NCBI GenBank assembly: GCA_973895155.1
Contig: OZ316893.1
Coordinates: forward strand, 3,392,490-3,456,489
Length of the DNA stretch: 64,000 bases
Direction: 5' to 3'
Source of the DNA: Marsupella aquatica
Taxonomy: Eukaryota > Plantae > Marchantiophyta
In this document: positions 32,316-46,829 of the stretch, piece after piece
Numbering within the stretch: the stretch's first letter is position 1
Layout: each line of letters opens with the position of its first letter
The notes under the pieces: generated by a model
Told to the model about the DNA's origin: nothing
Database searches by the model: none
What the model saw: the letters and a program-made list of their open reading frames with translations, nothing else
Made by a program: the position numbers and the translations under genes

Positions 32316-34357
32316 GAATAGTCATTGTGAAGCATGCGCATAGCTGAAGTGAGGAAGATGTCATCACCATTTGAATGGAGAAAGGTGCTTTATTACTTAG
32401 TCTTGCGCTGCGACACAGGCATCTTACATGTAGATCACATTTTTGATCTGCTCATGTTTCTGAGCCGAGGAGTTTTGTAGAACTAACAGCCTAGGTGCGT
32501 CCTCTCATAGAAGAATGGGAGTGTTTGGGCTGTTGTTGGGATGATACTTTGGTGAGTTATCTGGTGCTTTTCAGTCCACGGTGAGTTAGCATTTATACGA
32601 AGTATTTGGAGATTCTCGCGCCGTCTCCAAGATCCATACTTGAAGTTCTGGAATATGCCTGTGGAGTTTTTTTTTTGTGTGGTTCAATTCCTACTTGGAA
32701 TCATACTTTTTAGTCTACATCAAGAGAAAAATGTGGAGCATGAGCACTAGAGATGCTCTCAGAAAGGAACCATCCATTTGTGATGCAACTGAACGGCAGT
32801 AAACTATTTATTGGTTCTTTTTATCAAATGGGGAGACATTTGAACCCAGACGATCTCCTGTTGGGCATAGTATTGGTTGCATGAATTATATATGAGGTGA
32901 TTTGCAGCAAGCTTGCTAGCATGGAAAGAATGACGCCATACACAAGGAGCAGTCTGTTGCCAAACTGCTCATGGATATGAAAATACGCTAGCTGAATGAT
33001 TTCATTATTACATGGATGGTTTGTAGAAGTGCATCTATTGACTGATGCGCTGTTAGAACACATGGTCTCTTTTTCAAACGTATCAGAGAGGAGAGAATTC
33101 TGATCATCTTATTCACTTATATACCACCGCAGCTGAATTGTGCATGTTATGGGATGACCCAACAAACGAAAGAGGGAGTAGGGAAAGAAGGCCAGGCAGG
33201 AAGGGTTTCCTGGGGGCAAAGCCTTGCAATTGGCAGCCCTCCCTTTGGCAGGGTGTATGGGGCGTGGCCCCTGAGGCATAAGGTACATGCCAATTTCTGG
33301 ACCGTTTTGTGATGGAAGATTGGCCACACGCAATATTTAGCATGAGAGATTCTGAGACCAACACCCTTATGAGCATGTGTCCTGAATGGAGTGGGGAGAT
33401 CTAAGGGGAAATTTAGGGGGGTGCCAGAAAAACTGCAGCTAAGGGTGGGGTAAGGGAATTGGGTTGATTCATTCCTGTAAACCCTAAACCCCACCCTTTT
33501 TGCCAACCCCTCTTGTAAAGCGCCCTAACCACCGGCCCCCCCACCATCTCTCTCCCTTCTTGTGACTCCGCACCTTGCCCCTTTGCCTACCTCTCCCCCA
33601 CCCTACAGCCTCGTCAACCCCATCCAAGCTTATTGACTTTGCTGGTTCAGGATTAAGAACTTCCCAATAGGGCATGTAAGAGCACTGCCATAAGCAAGTA
33701 TTATGGCTGTGACTCTGTGGACGTCTGATCATTACCGGGCACATATCACCTAGCCCATAATTTTTGTCCTGGCGGTAAGATCATTTCATGCCCTTACTTG
33801 TATCTCACTTACGGCTTGTTTTGACACTCCCTATTTGTTGCTCCCATGGGCCAAAGATAGAAACCACACAACCCAGATGTATTAATTAGTGATATTCTTT
33901 GTCACATTATGAGTAAAATCTGGTCCATGGGGTCGTAAAACTCCATTGGAGCTTTGGGCAGACCTACAGTAGAGGTGGAGCTTCATTTACAAGAAAGGGG
34001 TGGAAATTCATGACCTTAAAAATGTTCATCCAAGCCAAGGTTCTCCTGAACTGCAGTTAACTCGAACCCGAGGTCAGTCAGCTCCCTTTGGCTCCGCTTC
34101 ACTTTGGTCCTGAGGGTTTCTCGCTTCCTCCTTTTGGTGGATTCTGCACAGCATTCGAAAATCTCTCACATCTCAGAAGGACGCGAACGATTTCCACGAC
34201 CTGCCAATTCCAAAGGATCCGAAGTTCCGAAGGATATGCCGACGAATGCATTCATACGTCGTGACGAGCAGTTCTCAGTTTACGCTCCAATATCTCCCAG
34301 TACATTCCGTGACGAATCCTACGGCATCATGAGTGTGTGAAACAGTCGCATGCTGAG

Positions 34358-37300
34358 ATGGCTGCGGCATTCAGAAGCTTTCTTTTGGGCGTTTCCTGCC
34401 CGTTGGCATTTGGTGAGCTAGCCACCAGGCTTACGCAATGAGGAATTGGTTTTGGGATAGGAAGGGGGAGGACTAGGAAGTTGGTGTGCAGTTTTGTGGC
34501 TGAATTGCTATAGTTTATGTTTCGTTGGCCTCAATGATTTGGACATTTAACTCGTGCTAGATGTGTCTTAGTCAATGTTTTCTTTTCTCGCGCTCCTTAT
34601 TCTGTCTCAATGGCTGGAATTTATCCTGATACGCAAAGTTGTGCAATTTCACGTTCTCCTCCCTTGTCCTCTTTCTTCTGTGCCAGCTAGAAGTATGAAG
34701 TTAAATTTCCTATTATTGCTTTCTTTCTAGGCTCTCTTTAATTTTTAGGTTCGTGGAGTCATGCGCCTCACTGTCATTGTGATATGGTCGCCATTACTGT
34801 TGTGAAATCTGTCAGAATTGGCATATTGATCAGTGTCCCCCAACGATCTACTTTGATCAGTACAATTTTGGTTTCAGACCCTAAACGCTGCGGAAATTTC
34901 TCTACTTGTTGTGACCTCGTCTGAATGAAGCCGTTGAAAGCATTCTGATATACTAATGTATCAAATTACATCATTCCATATATTATTACTATCTACTTCT
35001 TGAATTTAATTAAGTCGTTATGCGATGATGAATCTCTATCACTGTGATCATATAATTGAATAAAGTGAGGCAGTAGGCGAAGCTCCTTTAATACCATCGT
35101 ACCCCCTGTGGAAGATACAAAGCCAACCCAACACTACACCGTGGACATCCAAATCTTGAACTTCTCACTTCTATGTTCTTGATGTCTGTTTTCTATAGTA
35201 AAAATAAGTCTTTTTACGCCGCCTACTTGTTGAGGTGTAAAGGTAGCAATGTGACCCATCAGGCAGATAAATTAATCTCACCAAGAGGTCAATTGGTGGA
35301 CAGAGTGTATCCTGTCTTTTGAAAAGTTACTGGTGATATATGAGTCATCCATGTTTTAAATTTACCCTTATTGCCTTGCTGCAGGTGGGTGTCCAGCAAC
35401 ACGACTGTTCGCAGGCAGCTGCGTTGACAGGAATGAGCTATGGTACAAATCTGCAAGGTTGCTAAGTACCAAAGGAGGTCCTTCAATGGTTGACCTGATG
35501 GATTTGACGTAAGCTCATTCGTCACCGGGCGTATGTTTGTCATAAGGTTATCCAATGTAACAATTTGTCAATATAGATTGAATAGTTTGCCTCCAGCTCA
35601 CTTGCTTCTCTATAGTTACCGTGCACTTTTGAATTGTATCGAATGTTAGGTCCTAGGTGAGGGTGGAGTATGGACTGATGGTTTTTTATGTTGCAGGCTT
35701 CCCCATACATGGTACCCTAATGCTCGAAAGAAGAAGAGGCAAGTTGTAATGCATGTTGGACCCACGAATAGTGGCAAGACCTACACTGCAATCCAACGCC
35801 TCCAACTCTGCTCTTCTGGTTGGTTGTGCTCACATTCCATCATAGATGAAGTTTTGTGATTGGTCTGTGTCCGATATGCCTACAACTTTTTTTTTCTGAA
35901 GGCTTGGGAAAACAAATAATGAATGGGCAGAGGACGAGTCAAGGTTTGTAACAAGTTCAAAGTTGCTCATGAAAATAAATTGCTGTCCCATCCTTCTTGT
36001 CCAGGCGTGTACTGTGGACCTTTGAGGCTTCTAGCAGGGGAAGTTGCGGAACGTGTCAACAAAGCAAATGTAAGCTGTAACCTTGTCACTGGTCAAGAAA
36101 GACGGGAGGTGGATGGCGCTAAACACACAGCTATGACTGTTGAAATGGCTGATGTGACACGTGACTATGGTTGCGCTGTGATCGATGAGATCCAGGTAGG
36201 CTGCCCTTCAGGGATATTGCTAAGTCCAAGATTGTTTTTGATCTAGATTGAACTCTAACTAGTTCTTGCTCAGGGATGTTGTGTAACGGCGTCACATAGA
36301 CTTGTGGACAGATCAATGCTTTCCTAAATGCTCAACTGTGCCACGCGTGCACTGGCGGTTATGCTGCATGTATTGTTATATTTGTTTTTAAAGAAGAAAT
36401 CTGACCTCCTGTAGCAAAATAAGTTCGGTGGATTGAATTCCTGACAAGCAGCCTTGAAAATTAGACATTAGCTTCGTGGTTATATCTTTGATGACCCTTT
36501 TTATAGCTTTCTAAAGTGAGTGCAGATGATTGGCTGTCAAGAGAGAGGATTCTCCTTCACTCGTGCCTTACTTGGCTTGGCTGCTGATGAGCTTCACCTA
36601 TGTGGAGATCCTTCAGCAGTTTCGGTCGTTCAAAATCTTCTAGCTCCTACAGAAGACTCATTTGAGGTGTGAGTTCCTACTGTGTGGCGTAGTGAAATTG
36701 TCATCCCCTGTATCGGGTCAGCTATTTTCATCCCTTACCTGGCTTGTGGGGTTACTGGTTTCCTTGAATGCTCAAATCATCAATTTATGGTCTTGTCAAA
36801 ATCGTTTTCCAAGTAAAGAGTCTTCCAGAGTACTGCTTTTGCTGTTAATAGCCTTCTTTTACTTGATATGTACCATTGAACGACTGATTTTCGGATTCAT
36901 GTTGAATAGTAGGTCAAGTACTATGACCGCCTTTCACCACTTGAAGCGATGCGCAAGGCTCTTGGAACATACGGTCGGATCAGGAGGGGAGACTGTGTGG
37001 TTGCTTTTTCTAGACGAAACATTTACTCTATCAAGGTGAGCTCTATAGTAATCCGCAGGCGTCCCTTTTGTTCCATCACGAACGTTCCAACTTTGAAATT
37101 CGGCACATAATATTAGAGATGTGGATAGGAGGTAACATTAGCCTCATTCTGTAAACCTCCAAAATTTGGGTGACAGTTGCACCCGGGAACCTGCTCAGGG
37201 CTCAACCTTCTGAACTCGTGTGTGCAGAAAGAAATTGAGACATCAGGAAAACTCAAGTGCTCGGTTGTGTATGGTAGTTTGCCACCGGAAACTCGAACAC

Positions 37301-40300
37301 GGCAGGTACATTACCTGCGTTCACTGGCTCTTCGAGCAGGGTTATCGAACCTTTTTGAGTACTGGCTCTTCGCTGGCAGGGTTATCGAGTTAATGTGATC
37401 AAATAAAGTCTTCTGGTACGCTTGTTTTTGGATGGTCTCAGTACATCCACCCAGTTACTTCATTATTAAGCACGGTAGAAATTCATGTTGTTCATAGGAT
37501 TCATGATTTGTGTAGGCAGAGCAATTCAACGACACGACCAGCGGTTCGGATGTGCTTGTTGCAAGCGATGCTGTAGGAATGGGACTAAATTTAAATATTC
37601 GTCGAATCATTTTCTCTGCTTTGGAGAAGTATGACGGCACACGCACTCGGTCTTTGACTCCGGTTGAAATCAAGCAAATTGCAGGTATTTTGGGCGGGAT
37701 TTTTTCCTATCCACTGGGTGTAACTGCCACCAATTTTTATTTTTTTGTGCGCCTAAGAAGCTATAGAACGGTTGGAGTATGGATGAAGCATTTGTAGTTT
37801 TGTTAACTCTGCATTGCACAGTTGACAGCATAATTTTGCATCTATTTCTCTGCAGGTAGAGCAGGAAGATTTGGATCACAGTTTCCCAATGGTGAAGTGA
37901 CTTGTCTGAAGTTCGAAGATCTACCCCTGCTTCATGGTTCCCTTTCCACACCATCAATTCCCTTGAAGGTAAGTCTCAGACGCAACTGACAAGCTCAACA
38001 ATGTGCTAGGGTTTTCAAAATGTGTACTCCAGAGCGCGTGGGTCATAAGTCGTCGCAATGTTTAGCTGGTCTCCGAGATATAATATGCCCACTTGCGTTC
38101 AAGACGTACGTGCTCAGGTTTTTGGAGAAAAAAATGAAGCAGAACGAGCCCCCCAGTTGTTCTCATCTCAACTAGCATAGTCTGGAGCTTGAGATCCCTG
38201 TTGTTGGGATCGAATTGCATCCCTTGAAGTTCTTCTATGAAGTTGAAGTTGAATTTAAATGTTTTGGATTTGTTCAGGTTGCTGGACTGCTTCCCGCGTT
38301 TGACTTCTTTGCTCTCTACTCGACGTTACACCCATCCATGACATTTGCAGAGATTCTGGTAAGGCAATTCTTTTTTGGTAAGGTCTCACTAGTACAGTCC
38401 GTTCCATGAAGGTTATTAAACTGGAAATAGACCCTTTGCCATTAGGGCACTGCGATGGTTTCTTTCCAAAAATGGTCTGTTTAAGCTCCCACATATATAA
38501 AACCAGGAAGAGGGAGCAGACGTAGTAACCATAGTATTAGTCAAAGATGGATAGTTAGCATTTACTACGCCAGCAATGGATAAGATAATCCAATCATGAC
38601 ATCTTTCAGACCTTTGAGTTCGAATACATTGATCAGTTTCAAACCATGGCGTTCCATGCCATTTTTGCGTCTCATCGGAGACATCGGGACTGCTTTCTCA
38701 TTTGAAAGGTTGCAACTAAGATAGTTTAGGTGCTGTCGAGATCTAAGCTGTTTTGCTTGTGTTCCTACTTCGATGACATACTGATTAATGCATTGTCATA
38801 TTGCAGGAAGACTTTGTAAACAAAGCTCGACTTTCTCCCGATTATTTCATGTGCAACTGTGAAGCAATGATGGTAATTTTATTCACGTTGTCGTCCATGG
38901 CTCTAATTCTTTTAATAGACCCACCTGTGCTTCTGAGTGAAATTAGAGACTGAACACAGCAATGGCCGTATTTGCGCCACTACTTTTCGTTTACTACCTG
39001 GGAGACTATACTTGTCTGGTAGAAGGTTGATGTATCAGTTGATTATTTATTGTTCACTCAGAGGCACTTCAGTTTATTCTGTCTCAAGCAGGTTACATCC
39101 AAATTTATTTTAACTGTATTAAGCGATTAATTTCTTGCAACTATCAGTTGTAGGATGTACCCATCTCTGACACAATCATGAAGAGTAGAGGTATTGATAA
39201 ATAGCCAAGTATTTCTGATTGTGTCTGGACGCAGTGGTATTGCTAATGGCTGAATCACAGGTTGTGGCAGAGATGATTGAGAGCCTTTCGCTACCTTTGC
39301 AAGATCGATTCATATTCTGTATCTGGTAATAATTTCAATAAAGCTTGACCATATTCTGAGATATTGAGAATTTGCAAAGGCGTGACATGTCTTGCCCTTG
39401 CAGTATCTTGGATACATTTGTCCGTTTCTGCTGCCGTAGTCAAGTCCAGTATGGTTGCATGAAGAAACGGTGGCAAACTTTCAGATCTTTATGGCGATGA
39501 TTCTAGTGCCTGTAGCTGTTTGCAGTAATGTTTTCATTTTGGTGCACGAGGTCGAACACATGTGTCCTAACTTCGACCTGCTGGATGACTTTGATCTTGC
39601 AGCCCTGTGGACATTAAAGATGAGATGTCTATGGGTGCTTTATTACAGGTGCGTAACTGCCAGTCCCTGCCACTTCCAAAATTCAGGGTCGAACTCGAAA
39701 AGAGTCAAACACTGGACTTGTAGCAGTCTTTGAATTGCCCCTTGACAGCTAACTTCATCCATCTATGACAGTTGTGTTAAGACCTTCACGCAGAGTTGAA
39801 CCAAAAAACAACTCGTGAGCATTCTTCTCCGTAGCAGCTGGCATATGTTGAACGTTTTGATTTACTTTGGATGACGCAGTTTGCAAGTGAGTATGCGAAT
39901 GAAGGTAGTGTTTCCTTACAAAAGATATTCACACCTGGCAACATTAAATTACCACGGACACAAGGAGCACTCATACAGCTCGAGTCATTTCACAAGGTAC
40001 AGATTGTTTGAGGTGTCTTGAGATAGAAAATGTCACTTTCGTTCAACTGTCAGTCCCACGTCATGGAAACGTTTTCCTCCTGTCAATTGTTTTAATTTGT
40101 AGATCTGTGCATCAAATGTTCATCCTCCTGCATCAGTCATAGGTTGTCAATGGTCAACGTATCCATGCGTAGTTTGTGATGATATGCATTTGTGGAGCGA
40201 AACGAACAGTTGGATCAAATGGTGTTGATGCTTTGCTATTGACAAATTCATCAACACCATTTGATCCAACTGATTTCAGTTCTAGAGTTCTTACATGAGT

Positions 40301-40758
40301 AGAAAATATGGCTCTAGGTACTCGAGCTCTACATATGGCTGAGCCTTCGATTCAAGGATGCGTTCAATGACTCCCATGTTGCAATTTCACAGAAGGAGCT
40401 TTGCAGTTTGTAAGCATCTCTGCCCCTCGTAGTATGACTTGTTTTTTGTTCTTTTGCAAAAGTAGACAATGCCCCAGAGGAACTTAATAACTCACACAGC
40501 TGCATACACTCTGTAAGATAAGGGACTGACTTGAATAATGTGGATGTGATGCACCGTCTTTGCAGGATAATTGAAGAAGGGATGAAAATGGTTGGTGTTG
40601 CAAAGAAAAGTAACAGAAAGCATATTAGAAAGCAAACTTCGATTCTGGCTAAGCTTGCTATTGAGGGACTAAAAGATTTTCCAGGGCAAGGTGAGGATGA
40701 GTTCTCGAAAGGCATTGAATCGTCAGAGTTTGACGAGAGTATCACAAAATCATTTTGA
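34358..40758 (+). CDS. SUV3: SUV3-like mitochondrial ATP-dependent RNA helicase (multi-exon)
   Basis: Exons encode [64 protein letters not shown] and QIAG|RAGR, with GT-AG boundaries. The start exon is inferred from phase-compatible splicing. Confidence 0.9.
40207..40272. repeat. Perfect 24-bp-stem hairpin in an SUV3 intron
   Basis: CAGTTGGATCAAATGGTGTTGATG (40207-30), an 18-nt loop, then CATCAACACCATTTGATCCAACTG (40249-72). Confidence 0.92.
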
Positions 40759-42751
40759 ACGGACCACGGTGTAAGTGACTGCAACGGAGCGTGGACCCGT
40801 CTCGAAGGATGGACTTTCTCTCTGGACGAAACGATTACCTGGTTACCGAATTTAACCTTCAAAGTTTGTCTGCGGACAAATCAATGCAGGGAAATCCTAC
40901 TCCATTCAAGCCAATAAATACGCACGTGGACGTTTTTTGTATACTTTGGGGGTCACATCATGTGCAAAATATCAATCGACCAGCAACTCATCTGACCATC
41001 CAACAGCCCCACTATCTGTCAAAAGCTTGAAGTGTTTCCGTCTTTTTCTATGGACAGAAAACGAAAGATCGTGCACTTTGAAAAACCAAGAGTTCCTTGA
41101 ATTTAACAAGATTGCAGTAATCTGGACGTGTGAAGCATATCAGAATCTTAGCTGAAGGTGAAAGATGGCTCCAGCAGAAAAAAACATTAATAAATCAGAG
41201 CCGATTGTGATCAAGAGAAGCAAAACAAAGCCCAATGACCTTCCGCTTTGTCAAAATGCTCCCATAGATAAATGAAGCCCAATGGACCTTTCTATTTGTT
41301 AAATGCTCCCATAGATTTATGCTACCTGGATGGATTTGAATGTTTCATCAAATTTAACTGTTTACTTCCCTCACTCAAATGACGTATAAGAGGCCAGACA
41401 CCAGCTATAGGCTGTATTCTGTTCATTCTAGTCGTAAGCTATCCATTCTAGCCGGCTGCAGTGCTGGGTGTTATCTACTTGAGTTGACCCATCCTGTGAC
41501 AGCTTTGGTTTCATTGAAGAAACTTGTTTCCATTATGTTCTTGAGAGAACCGTGCTGCCAATCTGTACAAGTGAGATGAGCATCAACTTCAACAAGTATA
41601 CTTTAGTTTGTTTCTAGCATTGCCTCCAAGACCAGATTGCACAAAGGTTTTTTTCAAGTTCAAAGCATTCAGCATGAGATTGTGAAATTGTACATATCCA
41701 AACACTTCAAAAGCAAGACTGATTCAGCACAGTTGAACTCCAAATCAGTGAAAGACTGGCTGGGTTTAATTGTTGCTTGAGTTTTGCTGTTTGGTTTTCC
41801 CTTTCTTTGGGTTCTTTTCCCAACTTTATATAATATTTTGCCTTTGGGGATGCATGCTGTTTTGTTATCTAGTTTTCCCTGTTTGTTGGTTCTCCCTCCC
41901 CCCTCTTTATTGAGTTTTCTGCCATTGGGATCTTTTTGATTCTTTTATAGTGATATATGTAACATTCGCCCAATGCTCGTGCGTTGCACAAAAGATGTTG
42001 AGGTAAGGTGAAGTTGTTGAGGGCGCACAAAGATGTTAAGGCGAGACAAAGATGTCAAGAAGGAGAGGGAGACAAAGATGTCAAGATGGGGTGTACATAC
42101 TGTACGGACATCCCACAGTGAAAAAACTATTTCTCTCTCAAGTTTTGAACCCTAAATTCTTTTTCTTGCCTTGCTATCCGTTTCTGTGAGATGAGATGAC
42201 AACTGATAATAGATGACTCATGGAAATGACTGATAATTGATGAGGGTAATTATCTTATCTCACCAGTTTTTTCTCTTATTGACATCATTATCTTACCACA
42301 ACATTTTTTTCTCACCTTTGAGATCTTTTTTCACATTGACATCTTTCATTCACCTTGACATCTTATCTTTTTATCATATTTTCATCTCTTTCTTACTTTG
42401 ATATTTTTCTCTCACACTCGAACATCTTTTCCTTTCCTGATTTTTACATCTTTCTCTCACCTCTACATTGTCTTGACATCTTTTCCTAATATTTACAACT
42501 TATTTCCACCTCACCATCTTTTTCTCATCTTGACATTTTTTTCTTTCATCAACATTTTTTCATTTCAACCTCTTTTATGATCTGAGCATCTTTGCACACA
42601 TATGGGGCTAATACCACTCTAATACCATACCTTGCCTGTTGGAGGCATCTACTAGGGCATTTCAAAACTAGTTGAGAAGTAGACGCCCACAGCACTTTAG
42701 TCCATCAAAAATTATGGACGGCCTAAAATGGGAGTCAATAATTATTACCAA

Positions 42752-43754
42752 CTAGCTCAATACTCGTGCGTTGCACAAAAGATGTCGTGACGGCCAAGAT
42801 GTCGTTCCCGATGTCAATGAGAACAAAAGAGGTCGTGTCGGCCAAGAGGTTGTTGAGAATAAAGATGTCGTGTTGGCCAAGAGGTTGTTGAGAAGAAAGA
42901 TGTTGTGTCGGCCAAGAGGTCGTTGAGAAGAAAGATGTTGTGTCGCCTAAGATGTGAGAACAAAAGATGTCGTGTTGGTCAAGATGCCGGTGATAACAAA
43001 AGATGTCGTGTCAGCCAAGAGGTCGTTGAGAAGGAAAATGTCGTGTTGGCCAAGAAGTCGTTGAGAACAACAGATGTCATGTCTCCCATTCAAGATGTTA
43101 TTAAGAAAAAAGATGTCATTAAGAAAAACAAATGTTGTGTCGCCCAAGATGTTGTTGTTTAAGAAAAAAGATGTGGTGTCACCCAAGATGCTGTTAAGAA
43201 AAAAAGATGTGGTGTCGCCCAAGATGTTCTTAAGAAAACAATCTCTCGCAAAAAGGGCACAAAAAATGAGTAAAAACAACCACAAAGTATCACCAGTCAA
43301 GAATGATTTTTGTCTTTGTATTTTTCATTTTGTAATTCTTTGAAAACCTTTATCTTCCCCACCCCCCCTTTTAGGCCTTTTGTACTATTTTTGGTTTGAT
43401 CTTTTTTATTACATTATGTAATATTTGTAATCATTTAAACTCCTCCTAGGACATAGATTACCATGGGGTACAATGTCTAGGCATGGAAAATACTATTTCT
43501 ATGCATGGGGCTTCGTATGCATGGATAATATTATACATAGATGGTCCATAAATACGTGATTATTGTGTATTGGCATTCCCTGACATTCCCAATTCCCCTT
43601 TAGTTCTTGCTTGGAAAACGTGTCACTCTTTATTTCACACTCAATATAATTCAATTTTGTTTTATTCCTTCTCTTGGTCAGATTTTTTAATTTGTGTGCC
43701 CTGCAATTTGAATGACGACCACTCTAAAAAGTGGCACAACTGTGTATTATAGGA
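42752..43754 (-). mobile_element. Non-autonomous Helitron-like element with an internal minisatellite
   Basis: On the minus strand it ends GTGCAACGCACGAG...CTAG (Helitron-type 3' end) and begins TCCTATAATA. ~35-bp AAGATGTCGTGTCGGCCAAG repeats lie at 42778-43230. It is homologous to 57969-59127, and a related partial copy lies at ~41965-42600. Confidence 0.65.
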
Positions 43755-44636
43755 GTTAATGTACAATAAAAGCTTCCTAGGGGGCAGAGGATGACCGCCT
43801 AACCTGATGTTTGAGACTCACTACTATACCTTTCTGAAGGGCTTTCCTTAGACCCCAACACTGGTTTTGACCTCAGGCTCATTTATTTCTGACCTAAGGC
43901 TCATTTCGGTTACCGTGCAGTCTCTCCTGGGTTTTGTTAGTGAGTGAAATATTCGTTTAGAGGGCAATTGCAATCGGGGGTAGGAATACCCGTCGGTCTT
44001 TCTTAAAGTAGGAGAAACTTTACCTAACACATCATCCAGATCTAACTTGAGAACATGGAAAGAATTAATGCTGCCTGAGTGAAAGCACTGTCAGCTGCGT
44101 CGCTGGGTTTTCTTGCGATACAATCACAGTGCACTAATTTTTCTGTAGAGAGCGCGAGAGAGAGCTCAAAACGGTGCTGAGTGTGGCAGCTGCTCCTGCA
44201 TTTGCATCGGTCTGCTGTATCCTCTTCTTGCTAACTTCCTTTGGCTGTTGATTTCCTAACAAGCAAATCAATTCGATGCCGTGCTCTCCAGTTGCTTGTC
44301 ACTCATTATCTTCACCTTTAACTATGAAGACGTAGTAGGCTGCGGGGACTTAGACAAGGGCTCGGATACTGAGTGAATTAAGACGTAGACAGTAGGTAAA
44401 TAGATGGGAAGAAGGTCCTAAAGCTGTCAGGAGTTGGCGTTTTCCCTGATTTGGTCGAGCTCTAGAAATTGAAAGTCACCTGAGATTAAGTCAGAGGTTA
44501 TGGCAGAATGGCATACCGTCGAACTTGACAAGCAAGAGGAGGCTGTGTTACACAATCAGTCGTCAACTGGGATTTATGTCGCGGGCAACGAGTACAAGAA
44601 TTCTCAAAAAAAATTGACCATCGAGGACTTGTTCGA

Positions 44637-46829
44637 ATGTTCACGGTCCACAGGAGCAAGATGAGGAGGTTATGTCTCGTAGGTGTGGTTATATTGGTCG
44701 TTGCAATGGCCTGTGCAGTTGCCATCCCTATTGTAGTGAATTCGGACGAGGGCAATGATTTGATCAATAGCAGCAGTGCCGATGTGCAGCAGCTTCTCAG
44801 CACGGCCTGCCAGACCACGCTCTATCCGACGGTTTGCGTCGATTCGCTCAGCAACCTCACGAGAACTGGTAATAACAACCCTCAGGAGATGGTCAAGTTG
44901 GCTCTCGAGGTAGCCACCGACAGTGTCACCCGAGAACTCACCCACGCTCAGGCTGTGTTCGTGAACACGAGCTCGCCCCATCTAAAAGCCGCTTTCCAGG
45001 ACTGCGTCGAGTTCGTCCAGGCCTCGCTTGACTCGCTCGGCCAGACTCTCGAGGGCCTGAACAGCTTCGATGTTGGTCATCTGGAGGACAACCTCGTGGA
45101 CCTGGAGACCTGGACGAGTGCTTCAATCACCACCCAGGAGACCTGCTTGGATGGCTTCCAAAGCTTCGACCCTACGACAATGGGTGGTCCCGTGGCGGAC
45201 TTTGTGCAGCTGGGAAACTACTGCTCCATGCTGCTCAGTAACGTCTTAGCCTTCGTTTCAGCTCTGCGAAATGTTGCTGCAAACATTCCCAATTTTTCCA
45301 ATTTTCCCAATATTCTCGGCCACCGCCATCTGTTGACGTCGAATGAGGCGATTGCCACCGTCCTCAAGCGGAGGCTGAGTAGCCTGGCGACCTCTTCATT
45401 AACTGCCACCGTGATTGTGGCGCAGGATGGCAGTGGACTATACCGAAGAATTCAGGATGCGGTCAATCAGGCGTCTCAGAGTAGTAGTGCTACGTCTCAG
45501 TTCGTTATCTACATCAAGTCTGGGAAGTACGTCGAGACCGTGCTGGTGCCTAAGAATGCGAAAAATGTAGTGTTCTTGGGCGACGGCGTGGGGACGACTG
45601 TCATCTCTGGAAGCTTGAGTGTGATCGGCTCGAACGTGACCACTCGAGCAACTGCGACCTTAAGTACGTTCGTTCGCAGACTGTACTCCCAAAATTTTCT
45701 CATTCGTTACCAAGTGTCTCAGCGATCAGTATTCATCATACGAATATATCATCAATGCCCCAATCCGTTCAGTCCACTGGCCTTGACTTCTAGCAGCAGC
45801 CGTTCTATTTTACTGGTCCCCTTTGATGTCTGAAATTGAGCAATAGCTAGGATTTAATATTAACTGATTAATATTGAATTGAACTCCCATTCAAACTCGC
45901 TGTACTACATTTGCAAACTCAAAGGAGGTCTGAAAATCCTATCAGGTAGCATTAGATCACATCTCATGTGTGATGCCATAACATAGCTATTTTTTGTCTG
46001 GATTAGTTTGCATAATAAAGGCTTTCATTCTCAAGTTGAGTTATTGTTATGTAGCTGGACTGTCGGAGGAGAGAATCTTCCCTGTTTCCTTCCCCACTGG
46101 AACTTATCTCCTAAATTTTGGTGGTGTGTATATTTACGTGCAGCTGTGCTTGGGAAGAATTTCATGGGCCGGAGCTTCACCGTAGAGAACACAGCCGGAC
46201 CAGCGAACCACCAGGCAGTAGCTCTAAGAGTGGACGGCGACTTCGCCGCATTTGAAATGTGCCAGGTTTTGGGATTCCAGGACACCCTGTACACTCATAC
46301 CAACAGACAGTTCTACTTGAATTGTACAATTGTAGGCACCGTGGATTTCATTTTCGGAAATGCGGCAGTCGTGTTCCAGAGTAGCCAGATACTCTCTACA
46401 TTGGGGCTGGTCGGTCAGCAGAATACTTACACGGCTTCAGGGCGAACGGATCCAAACCAGAACACTGGCATTACGTTCCAGGAATGCATCTTCGATGGCA
46501 CGGCCAGCCTCAAGAACGCCCTTCCTGGAACCTTCTTGACATACCTCGGGAGGCCCTGGAAGACTTACGCTCGAACGGTCGTCATGCAATCTTTCGAGAG
46601 CAATTTGCTGGATCCCGCTGGGTGGCTAGATTGGAACGGAGCGACACGGAGTTCCACCGTCTATTACGCAGAGTATGAAAACACTGGTCCAGGATCCGAC
46701 GTCGCACGTAGGGTATCATGGTCCCAGCAAATCAATACATCGAAGGCGAAGCGATTTACTGTAGATTCTTTCATTCAAGGGAAGAAGTGGCTGCCACAAG
46801 CTAATATCACTTACATCAGTTCACTGTAG
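44637..46829 (+). CDS. PME: Pectin methylesterase with PMEI pro-domain (exon 1 ~44637-45664, exon 2 46144-46829)
   Basis: TM anchor; PMEI ACQTTLYP..C, DCVE and TCLDGF; RHLL/RRL processing motifs; VAQDGSG, QAVALRV, QDTLY, DFIFG and YLGRPWK. Confidence 0.93.
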
